Positions 17,818 through 29,400 of a DNA stretch of 64,000 bases are shown one piece after another. Each line of letters begins with the position of its first letter. Position 1 is the first letter of the stretch. The notes beneath the pieces are model-generated. The model searched no databases, had not been told where the DNA came from, and saw only the letters and a list, made by a program, of their open reading frames with translations. Source of the DNA: a virus; IMG/VR virus record IMGVR_UViG_3300042197_001007; one strand, written 5' to 3'. A program made the position numbers and the translations under genes.

Positions 17818-18794
17818 CTTACATACACCTCTACTCTAGCGGATCTATTGAAACCAGTTACGTTTTGACAGCATCCAATAAAATCACCAGCAGAATAATT
17901 AACCTGACCTTGCTGTGTACCAGTCATACCAATACCGCCAGCAACGTCATCACTTCCTTGGTTTCCATTTGGCCAAAGACCGCCTCCATTTTCGTTCCAA
18001 CCAAATCCCCAACGAACTCTTGCTAAGTTTTGATCATTGGAATAATTAAATCCATAAAATCTAACGTCTGTTTGTCTTGAAAATTGACCAATACCACAGA
18101 AGTTATTAGCATCACGAATAAAATATTCATTAGCAGTATTAAAGAGACTTGTTAATGTAATTCTGGTTCCACTTTGCCAAAAATTATTTTCTAACCAAAT
18201 GTGACCTCTGCTTGTATTAAAACATCCAGAGTTAGCACCAAGGTCTGGCCAAACTGCTAATAGATCTTTAGCAGCAAATCTATTAAATGTTTCAAATTTG
18301 GCGTCTCCATCTGAGGTATTATAAGCAGTTTCATTTAAAGTATTAGTGCTTGTCCAATAACTAGATCCAAAACTAAAAGTAGTTCCTCTAGTTGCTTTCA
18401 TTGCCATCATCCATCCACCACCATCAAATCCACTATCCATAATACAATAAATTTGTTTTGGACCGACAGTAGGTAAGTTAATCCAGTAAATACCATCTGT
18501 AGCACTTGGTTTTACTGTTTTTATTGCTGCTGCCGAATCTGCTGCTAAAGCTGATGTGGATCCATCTTTAACAGCCGCTGCGCCGCTAGTAGCTATAGGA
18601 GCTAAATCTGCTCCAGCGGATTGCCATTTGTATCCATTATCGGGATTTCCAAAATAAATTTGAACCTCCTGAATAGTTGAATTAAAAATCAGCATTCCCG
18701 CTTCTGGAGTTAAAGCATCTCTCTGTGCTGTGGTAAAAACTGGTAATCTTAATCTTTCCGTTGAGACTAAAGATGATACATTTATTCTAGACAT
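17814..18794 (-). CDS. putative adhesin with fibrinogen C-terminal-like domain
   Basis: DGIYWINLP...QIYCIMD..DGGGWMMAMK fibrinogen-like signature; N-terminal docking motif. Confidence 0.7.
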   Translation of the reverse strand: MSRINVSSLVSTERLRLPVFTTAQRDALTPEAGMLIFNSTIQEVQIYFGNPDNGYKWQSAGADLAPIATSGAAAVKDGSTSALAADSAAAIKTVKPSATDGIYWINLPTVGPKQIYCIMDSGFDGGGWMMAMKATRGTTFSFGSSYWTSTNTLNETAYNTSDGDAKFETFNRFAAKDLLAVWPDLGANSGCFNTSRGHIWLENNFWQSGTRITLTSLFNTANEYFIRDANNFCGIGQFSRQTDVRFYGFNYSNDQNLARVRWGFGWNENGGGLWPNGNQGSDDVAGGIGMTGTQQGQVNYSAGDFIGCCQNVTGFNRSARVEVYVR

Positions 18795-18807
18795 ATCTAT
18801 TAAATTC

Positions 18808-19563
18808 CTACACCTTATTTAATCTTAAACGATACATAGCCCACCCACCTCTTGATCCAGTATTTGGATAAGCAACAGGAGATGACTGGTTATCAACACC
18901 TTTGATCATATACCACTGATAACCATAATTATTTGGATTAAATGTTCTAGTGTAAACCGTACAATCACTACTTCCTCCACCAGATCCACCAAAATGTGCT
19001 CTTCCTAGATGTGTCCAATTACTTTCTGTGGTGTAATTTGCTGCTGTAATAGCATTATTACTTCCAAAAAAGTCTACGTTACCAATAGCATTAATATGAG
19101 TTTGCCAATTAATCTGATTTAATACCTTTCCTTTTGTATCTGTAGTAACTTGGATAGCATGATACATTGGCCACCACGCTGGAACTTGGTGACCAGAGTG
19201 ATAACAGAATTGATTACCACCAGGACAACCAGAAGAATATGATAGTTTTGTTGCTCCTTGGTTTGCTCCTTGGTTATCTGTATTTAAAGTATACTGAAGC
19301 ATACTATTATTAGTAAATCCCGTTATATTACTTCCATCAGCACCCTGAGAAATAGACCATCCTTTTCCTCCACCTGTATCTGCTGGAGTTTGCTGAACTG
19401 TTTGCCAAGCAGTTCCAGTATAGACTTCAATGTTTCCTATAGTAGAATTATAGATTAATAACCCTGCTACTGGAGAAGATAGAGCACTTCTTTGAGCTGT
19501 TGTGTAAACAGGTAATTTTAATCTATCTGTAATATTAATGATTTCAGCGTTTATAGTAGACAT
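18808..19563 (-). CDS. putative adhesin, galactose-binding/discoidin-like C-terminus
   Basis: Same N-terminal docking motif; beta-rich aromatic C-terminal domain (NWTHLG, YQWYMI, MYRLRL). Confidence 0.6.
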   Translation of the reverse strand: MSTINAEIINITDRLKLPVYTTAQRSALSSPVAGLLIYNSTIGNIEVYTGTAWQTVQQTPADTGGGKGWSISQGADGSNITGFTNNSMLQYTLNTDNQGANQGATKLSYSSGCPGGNQFCYHSGHQVPAWWPMYHAIQVTTDTKGKVLNQINWQTHINAIGNVDFFGSNNAITAANYTTESNWTHLGRAHFGGSGGGSSDCTVYTRTFNPNNYGYQWYMIKGVDNQSSPVAYPNTGSRGGWAMYRLRLNKV

Positions 19564-19571
19564 AATAGCAA

Positions 19572-20429
19572 TCAGTTAGTAGCAAATTTTGTTTTTAGAG
19601 AAGTATAATTTGATTGTACTTCAGTATCAGTTAAGCGACGATTATAAACAGCAAAAAATTTAATATCTCCCCACCATTGAGAAGCATTATTTACATCGGT
19701 ATTTCCATTATGATAAGCACCAATAGATCCAAAACCTCTATTATATCTAGCGCTAGAATTATTAATTGTCCCTCTTTGTACACCATTTACATTGAGATCA
19801 TATGTTGGAGAATCGCTTGTAGCGTTCCATCTCCAACACAGTACATCAAATGTATTGGTAGAATATCCTGGCAAGGATTGCTGAGAATAACCAGTGCCGA
19901 TAAACCCAGCACCATCATTATCGTACATGCCAATATTCCAACCACCAGACTGAATAATTACATGGTGATCACTAGAATATGATCTAGTTAATGTTCTCCA
20001 TTCTGCTGTACTATTTTTAACTCTAGTTACAGCAACATAGGTAACATCACCAGATAATGAAATATCACTACTATTTTTAGCACAACCGTAACTTCCATTA
20101 AAATCAAAATATTTTCCACTAGAATTATAAGCAGTGGAATTAACATTAAAGTTATTACCAGCACCACTCAGGTCATACCATACTCCTCCAGATCCTGGAT
20201 ATGAAGTGGCCTCACTAGCATCTAGTCTTAGAATTAAATTACTCGTAACAGCAAGACCACCTTTAGTGTCACCTATCCAATACCATTGAGTTCCATCAAA
20301 ATACTTTAAACGTCCATTTACATACACCAATTCCCCAATAGTACCATCTCCTGGGTCATTATCCAAAACAGGAATGACAAGACCAGAAGAAGGATTTATA
20401 TTACCAGCTGTTAATTTTGAAGTTGCCAT
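19572..20429 (-). CDS. putative adhesin with LamG/ConA-like domain
   Basis: LILRLDAS..SYPGSG..WYDLSG, YFDFNG, GDIKFFAVYNRRLTDTEVQSNY. Confidence 0.8.
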   Translation of the reverse strand: MATSKLTAGNINPSSGLVIPVLDNDPGDGTIGELVYVNGRLKYFDGTQWYWIGDTKGGLAVTSNLILRLDASEATSYPGSGGVWYDLSGAGNNFNVNSTAYNSSGKYFDFNGSYGCAKNSSDISLSGDVTYVAVTRVKNSTAEWRTLTRSYSSDHHVIIQSGGWNIGMYDNDGAGFIGTGYSQQSLPGYSTNTFDVLCWRWNATSDSPTYDLNVNGVQRGTINNSSARYNRGFGSIGAYHNGNTDVNNASQWWGDIKFFAVYNRRLTDTEVQSNYTSLKTKFATN

Positions 20430-20438
20430 ATTTATTCT

Positions 20439-23400
20439 TTATACTATATTCCAAGTACCACCAGTTTGAACTGTCACTGTAACTCCACTATTTATAACTA
20501 TAGACCCAGATGATAAAGTGTTTGCTCCATTTGGAATAGTAACATTTTCCGAAACATTATTTCTATTTGATTTAAATATACCAAAACTGTCTAACCATTG
20601 TCTATCGCCATTAGCATAAAGAACAGAATTATTTACTCCACTACTGAAGTTTGTTCCCTGAATATTTAAACCATTATTTCCAGATCCACCAACTTGTAAA
20701 GTCCAAGTAGGATCAGCAACACCAATTCCAACACGAGACAATCTATGAATGTCTGTTCCATTTGTGGATTGAGTCCATCTCGAAGTAACGAATGGTAGAT
20801 TATTTTGATAAACAGTACCATTGATATTAATGTTACCTTGGACATTAAGTTGGTAATTTACAGTAGCGCCTGTAGCAGTGCTGCTAAATGTAGTTGTACC
20901 AAGACCAACTCTACTTGTAGAACCCTGAATTGCTAACGCTGGAGTTGTTGCCCATGTTGACCCACCAGCAGCAGTAGAAGGTGTAATCTCAAAAATATCA
21001 TTACCAACTAACTGGTTACCAATTCTAAAGTTTCTAAAACCAGAAGAACCAAGGAACAACATAGATGCTCCAGAGTTATCAGAAGCATCACGGATTTCTA
21101 ATGAAGTTGAAAACCTACCTTTTCCAGAAACATCTAGATTGTATCCAGTAGAAGGAGTTTTACGAATGCCAACTTCTCCAGTTTGAATTAATCTTAGTGA
21201 TTCATTATTTTGAGTTCCCAAAGCAAGTCCATATTCAGAACCTTCTGGGTTAAACTCAATATAAGCTTGATCTGTTACATCAATTCTTTGTTGAATTCTA
21301 GTTGAAGCAGATCTCCAATCTGTGAAAGTTGTATTGAACTTTCTATTATAGATCAATAATCTACTGTAATTTGATACTGCTGCTTCAAATGAAGCAAGAT
21401 ACAATTTGCTTTCATCTGTAGAACCAAGAGTTCCACCATATACCTGAAGTTTGCTATTTGTGGATGCTGCTGTGCTTGGCACCAATCCAATACCAACAAG
21501 ATTATCTGTAGATTGTACATATAATGTGTTTGTATCTACTATAAGATTGGCAGTTAATGTAGTATTACCAGTAACTCCAAGAGTTCCAGAAACACTTAGG
21601 TTACTTCCAGCACCAGTTAGGGTTAGCGAACCAGTCATAGTGTCGCCAGCTTTCAGAACGTTTGCTGAAGCAGCACCAGTTAGATTTGCTGTGATTGTTC
21701 CAGCAGCAAAGTTACCAGAAGCATCACGAATAACAGCAGTTGAAACAACATTTGTGCTGTTGAATGTTACGTTACCAGCGTTCCAGATTGTATTGCCATT
21801 TAGAGTAAATCCATTAGCATTTACTACCTTGACATCCAGAGTACCGCTGGAAGTTGATCCATTACCACCAGTAGCTACGATAGCAGCATTATAGGTAGCA
21901 GCAAGTGTTGATGAGTTGAAGTATAGTCCAGGTGAAGATGCCTGACCATCTTTTCTACCAAGTCTTAGATTGGCAGTTCCACCATCGCTCTCAAGAGTAG
22001 CAGCAACGAATGATCCATCTGGAATACCATCAGCATTAGAATCTAATGTAGCAATACTAAAGTCTCTAAATGCTTTTTTGTTTGATGTAATACCAATACT
22101 AGTTGCGCCAATAAAATTACCAGTTGTTAAAGTACCAGTAATAATTGTATAGTTATTAAAAGGATCATTCGTATCATTATTTACAGTAACATCTGTAATT
22201 GAAATAACACCAGTTCCCTGATCTAGAGAATTGTAAAGATTAACTGTCAATCCAGGTAGGAAAGGTGATGCCGTTAAAGTTTCATCTGGAATATAAATTC
22301 TATATCTTGGTTGTCCAGTAAATGATAAAACTCTTACTGTGTCTTGAAAATCTTTTCTGGTTTGATACGATGGCAAACGATTATCACTTAAAGTTCCAAA
22401 ATTCATATTGATGGCATTCTGGAACCAAGTGCCTTGACGATTATCAAGTCTATCGGCATCAAGACCAGTACCAGGACCATCATTTAGAGAAGTCCAAACC
22501 TTAGCCCAAGAACCAAATGTATCAACCGCAGTTCCAGAACCACGTAACCACATGTTATCGTTGTCTGTAAATGCTAATTGTTTTACACCACCATCTACAG
22601 TAAATCCAGATCCGCCAGGTCTGATAGAAAGAACAATATTTTTTGTACCACCATCAGACAAACCATTGGCAGAATTATTTCTTGTATCAGCAACAATACC
22701 AACAGAGAAAGCATTTGGGGAAGGATTTGATGTTGGGTTTGTTGTATTTGAAAGAAGACGAATTGTATTACCAGACTGACCAGAAATACTAATGTTATAT
22801 GTTCCAGATAGTCTATCTACAGATACTGTACCAGAGTTTAAGTTTGAAGCATTTAGATAGTAAGAACCTTGTGCTCCATCAAGAAGGTCAGCATCAAGAC
22901 CACTATCAGCACCTGTCTTGAGAACAATAGAACCATTACCAGATTGACCAATCAGGAATTGAGATTTTTTAAATCTGGCAACACCAATTGTACCAAATTC
23001 ATCTGCTGAAATTGTAAGATCAGTTACTCTCTGAATATCAAGAGATGTATTGGCATATTGTCTGCTAACAGTATTAATTTTAGCAGCAAGAACAAGTCCA
23101 GATCCACCGCCAATTTCTGCTGGAGCTGATGAAACGTTAAAGTCTGCTGTATATCCTGTTCCAGAACTTGTAACAGTTACTTCTGTTACTGCTCCATTGG
23201 TAACAATAATATTGGATCTTAGTCCAGTTCCAGATCCACCAGATAGTGGAACATCAAAATATTGTCCATTTGTAAATCCACTTCCTCCGCTAGCAATTAC
23301 AACGTTATCAACAAATCCTCCCTGTGTAAATGATGATTCAAATACAAGAGGAGAGGCACCTCTTCTAAATTCAATAATTGTTCCAGCAGCAAGAGTTGAT

Positions 23401-26400
23401 GTTAAAGGATTATTCAGTGCTACTGTTGTAATACCAGCAGAAGTAACAACACCAGAAATGTTGGTATTTGCTTGAATTCCTGTAATATTATTGACTACTT
23501 CGTGACCAACTAATGTATTAGAGTTAGTAGTAAACAGTAGTTGCGAAGATCCACTGTTTGCCTGCGAGAATAATTTAGCGAAATATCTACTCTCTGCTCC
23601 CTTAATTGATTGGACAACTGGAGCATATGCTTGATCTCCTCGAAGGAATGTGAAGGAGTTAGCAGCGTCTGAGTTATTTGCTAATCTTGATGTGGCAATA
23701 ACACCAGACGTAATATCAGAAGCAGCAATCTGGTTAGTGGAAAGAGATACCCAATTGTTATTATTTGAAGCAGAAGTATTTACAACTCTATTGATGTTAA
23801 TAGTTTCTGCTGGGATGTCACTTGACTGAATTGTGTCGGTTTCAGTTATCTTAATGTTATTAACAATATTTCCATACAATCTGCTTTCAATTAAAGCAAC
23901 ACCAGTTGCTTGTGTTCCAGCACCAGATGGAGCAGAAAATGTCACTGTTGGTGGAGTTGTGTATCCTTTACCACCTCTAAATCCATTAAAGATTTGAATT
24001 GTAACAGTAACAACTTGACCATTAGCAATTGTACATGTTGCTGATGCTGGTACAGAACCTGCCTGTGGAGTTCCTCCAGTAATTGTAATTACTGGAGCAG
24101 ATGTGTATCCAGATCCTGGATCTGTAATATTAATCTGATAAACTACACCTTGACGATATTCTGTTGCTTGAATTTTACCACCAGAAATACTACCAGTAAA
24201 TACATCATTAGCAGTGAATTGTAGAGTTGGATCCACATTGAATGAAACAAATAAACTCGCATTGTCATTATTCAGAATGTATGAAGCAGATGTATCTTGT
24301 TGAATAGCAATATCTCCAGCAAGAGCACCTTCAATCGCAAGACGAGCTGCCTGATCCGCAACAGTAAAGACACTGAATGGTCTGAGTGGTGGGATCTGAT
24401 CAATAGAGATCTTACCACTGTCCGTAAGTTCTACAAGCGCCCTAGGAACAGCGTTTGTGGAGTATGGTTTATTGATGTATGGACCGAGGTTATTTGTGAT
24501 ATAGTCCCTAACTGCTTTCTGAGTTGGCAGTTTGGAGTCGGTTGAGTTAGCACCGCCAAGAGTATTAGAAGCGTCAAATCCAGTAACAACAACGTCTCCA
24601 CCTTTCAGTTTGAGGAATTCAACTTCTGAGATGGTAACCGTACCAGTAAAGGTAATATTACCAGTTCTGTTTTCAATTCTTGCGAATGTACCAACCTTAA
24701 AGTCTCCAAGTTCATCAGTACCAGAAACATATGTTCTACCATAGTTTTCGGAAACTTGTTCATATGCCTCAATTTTGACACCGCCATTTTCTGGTAGAGC
24801 ATTATAGTTTGTACCAGATCCAGCAAATTCCCAAGTGTGTGATGATGAATTGACAATAGATGGACGACGCAATCTAATTGTTTTACCAGTCAAAGTAGAA
24901 TTAGAAACTGCTTGTCCAGTAGCAATTGACTTAAATTCTGCTGGACCACCAGATCCTGATTCAATTGTTACTTGAGCAGAGAAAGGAGGTCCAACTGTTA
25001 CTGCTCCAACTGTATCAATATAATACTCAATTTCTGGATTTACGTTTTCATATCCATCAATTTTGACAACATAGTGCTCAAGTGGTTCTCTTCCAAGACC
25101 ATCAATAGTGAAGATAGTTCTTCCAGTTGGAGTAGAAGAAACATTGGTAATTGTTCCAACGTCAAAAGAATAAGCAAAACTATTGTATCCAGTTGCTCTC
25201 AAAGCAAAGATACCAAAGTTGGTAGCAGAGTTTGTAATAGAAGCATATCCACCACTTTCTGCTAACACACCATCAGTACAGAAAATAACGAATACAGAAA
25301 CTAACTGTACATAACCATCATTGATAATTCTGTATCCAGTTCCACCAAATGAAACAATGGTGAAAGCAGCAGCAACCATTGACTTACCCTGATTTGGGAA
25401 AGTAGCAGAACCATCAAGTTCTAGACCAGGGAATGGGCAGTTTGGTTGTTTGACTTTAGATCCATCAATAAGAGCACCGCCTCCACCTAAGAATGAGATT
25501 ACCGATGCGTTTTGTGTATATGGAGAAGCTTCAATAATTGGATAATCATCATAATCTGAACGTGGAGTATAAATTACACCATCTGCGTCATAAATTGTAC
25601 TATCTGGATAAGTTACAATTCCAACTGTACTATACAAAGTACCAAAGTTTTTAGTCGTTGCTCCAGGAGCAATAGTACCATCTAAAATATCTTCTAGAAG
25701 TGTAAATGAAGTTGTGATTGAAGAAGCAACGTTAGCACAAAGAGGACTTTCTGATGACAGTAGGATATTCCAATCTTCATATTTTGGTATTGGTGAAGTT
25801 AGAGCAGATGTAACTGGGTTGTAGATAATAATAGTTCCATTTGCTAGGGCACTTACAAATGTGTGAGTTGCTCCAGATGCTGTTCCAGCATCTCCAACAT
25901 TAACTGTAACAGTGGTATTTCCACCAGCAGTTGATACATTGGTGATTGTTAAACTCTTACCATAGTTACGATCTGTTGGTGTTGGACTTGCTAGATTTCC
26001 ACCACTACCAGAAGTACAACTGAATGTTAATGCTCCTTCTTTAAAGGCAAGTCTATGGGCAGTTGTAACTGGAGTTGTTGGGTTTGGGAAAGTAACTGTT
26101 AGAACACCAGTTGTTGCGTTGTATGTAGCACCAGTTGGAGTTCTTGTTGCTACTGTACCACCACTCCAGTTACGAATTGCCTGAATGGTTAAATCTCTTA
26201 CTTGATTGAAAGCATAGATTGTTTCATCTCTTTGTGCTTCTGGAATTCCAGTAAGTACTGTGTTTGTAAAATATGATTCGGCAGCAGTAACAATACCAGC
26301 ATTTCCACCAAGAACGAGATCTCTTAACAAACCATCAATGATATAGTTAATGTCTCTACGGCACTTGCTTTCGTTTAGATTTGATAAACCAAGTGATGGA

Positions 26401-29400
26401 TATTGTGTTTTAGTTGCTAGATATGCTTGATCTGCGATTAGATCTCTGTTTCTGGCAATTAGATAAGCACCATCTAGATAAGTTCCAGAAGCATTATTTG
26501 TGAGAACATCAACAAACAGATATGATAGTGTATTAATAGCAGATGCTACGTTAGCACATGCTGGTGATACCAAATCATCAATTACAGTTGGATCAAAGTA
26601 ACGTGTGACTGAAGAATACTGTGGAGTGTAAATTGGATCAGAAGGAGCTCCATTTTTGGTTCTCCACTTTCTCATCGCATAGATTGCTAACTCTCTGGCA
26701 TATTCAATAGCACGAACAGTTTGAATAATCTCGTAATCTACAAGATCAATTTGCCCAGCAGAAATATATTTCTTTGCCGCATCAATTACATTGTAGTTAC
26801 TTCCAAATTCCAAATCTCTACAAATAGCATTTAGGAAGTGACCGATGTCTCTGCGGCACTTAGCATCGCTTACTGGAATATTAAAGCTTGGATACGTCTT
26901 TTGAGTTGTTACTCCATTTATAACGCAACTAACAACAATACCAGCAAGTCTTACGACACTATCCTCTACTAGAGAAGCAACTGGAATTGATGTTGTAATC
27001 GTTGCTTCTCCAGTAACAACATTATCATATGTAAAACCAGTTATATTGTAAGCAGTTCCATTAAATGTTACTGTACCACCACTTACATAAGTATGTGCGA
27101 ATGATGATGGTCCTAGATATATTTTAAATTGAACACCACTAATTCCATATACAGGGAAATATTCTCTCTTAAATTGATCATTGATTTTTCTTACAACTTC
27201 ATCAGCGATGAAGTCAATATTGTTTCTAATCTGTAAGCAAGCATCTTGGTATCTTCTTGCTACTGGAGTTGCGACTGGGAATTTGTTTGGTGAGTTTAGT
27301 AGAGATAGAGTAATTGATTTTGAATATGATTTTACATTAGCAAACTGACCTGGATCAAAGTTTGAATCAAGAGTTACTGTAGTTTTCTTTGGAATGACAA
27401 ATCTTCTCGCTCTACCATCAGCATCTTCAATAACTTTGTAAATTCTTTGTTTTCCATTTAGAAATGAAAGATCTGGTGATGATGTTGGAAGGTTTGAAAT
27501 AAAGATTTCCTGACCTTCTTTAAAGTTATGAGTATTTTGTCTTCCAACCAGAGCATTTGTATAGAATACAATACCACCAAGATCTTCTGGTGTTCCATAA
27601 TCTCCAAAACCACCAGTAGCAACTTCTGGATCACCTTGTTTTGAGAAATCAATTCTTACAATTGGTAAAGCGGAAGTTACATCTTCATTTATGAATACTA
27701 CTTCTCCTTCTGCTCTGATGGAAATAATATCAGTTGAAATAAATTCGTATGCTGCTCTTAAAAATGTGAATACTGCGGTTCCATTCGTAACAGCACCAGT
27801 AGTATGAGATGGAGCAGAAGATGCTGAAGTACCAGCAGTTGTTATAGTATAAACATTATCACCAGTCCAAACCAACTGTCCTAATGTATAAGCAGTATTT
27901 GGAGCAAAACTTACCGAACCAATACCACCATATTGGAATGTTTCACCCGCATTAAAGCTACCGCTAATAACAGTAAAATCAACAGTACCATTTACATAAG
28001 CACTAGCTCCAGTAGTTCTAGTAAATGTTACATCGGTCAAAAGACCAATAGCACCAGTATTAACACCTCTTACTCTTTGTCCAGCCGTTAATTGAGATAA
28101 TCCAGTGTTAGTTTGATAGGTAGCACGGAATTTTTCTGGACCAAAAATTTGATGACCAACTGGGAAATCAACTCCATAATCACCATTTGCTGTTACATCA
28201 ATCTCAATACGCTGTTTGTCATCAAAGACCATCGCGTAATCCCAAGTGGCGACTGGATCACCATTAGAATCAACTTTATCTCTATATGTGACACCAGTTA
28301 CGTAGTTTTTGTCTCCAAACTTAAAGATGTGCTTACGTGGATTATTTGGTCTAATAATAACAAGACGTAAGTTATCACCAACAACTGAAGCATCTGGAGG
28401 AAGTGAAATTGGGTTGTCTTCTACATAATCACCACCAGAAACAACAATTGTTTCCTTTACTCCTGGAGTTGTCCAAGCTAATTGTGCTGCTTTTTTGATA
28501 GTTCTAACTGGATTAACAGCAGAACGACCATCATTTAAATCAGAACCAATTTGTTCTGAAACGTAAATGCGACCACCAACGTCATTTGTAGCAAGATTGA
28601 GAACGTATTCTGTAGTAGCAATTTTATCTGACTTATCACCAAATGATGGAGTAATAGATCTTGGGAAAATTCCTGCTTGACCACCCTGATTGAAATATGG
28701 TCTATTTGAATCAACAGCTCTAATACCAATATGTTTTAACTGAACCTCTCCATTCAACTCAATTCCATCTGTATGTTGTGGAGGAGTTGATCCAAGAGTT
28801 CCAGTATTTAATGCTTGATAAACATTTGTATTATGATAACGATATTGATTTTGCTGTATGATAACTCCCGCAGCCCATGGAGTACCACCAGAGTTCAAGT
28901 ATGTTTTTAAATTTGGTGCTCTAAACTGAGCATCTGGAGTAACAAAATTGTCAATATCAAGATTTAGAATTCTTGCCGTATCAGAAATGATAGAAGTGGA
29001 TGTTCTGATAGCACCATTAATATCAAGTTCAAAATCAACAGTATCAAGAAAAGCAGTCGCAGCAGCTCCTTGTCCATTACCACCAGTAATAGTTACAGAA
29101 GGAGCAGATGTATATCCACGCCCAATATTATCAACCAAGATTGCTACGACAGATCCATCACTAATTACAGCAGAAGCAAGAGCCTGTACTCCACCATTTG
29201 GAGGTGCCGATAAAGTAACTGTTGGTTGTAATGTGTATCCAGAACCTTGTGATGTTACAACAATTCTGTCAATTCTATTACCAGTTCTATTAATACCAAT
29301 GCGAGGCAAAGTAGTTACTGAGTCAAGTTGTGCTCTTAGAACCTCTTTTTCATTAGATCCAGAACCAGAACGAATCGTTAATTCATTACTACCGATTAGA

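Noticed and set aside
20429-20435. ATAAATA as a late promoter for the LamG gene
   Set aside because: Motif overlaps the start codon, so a transcript would begin inside the gene
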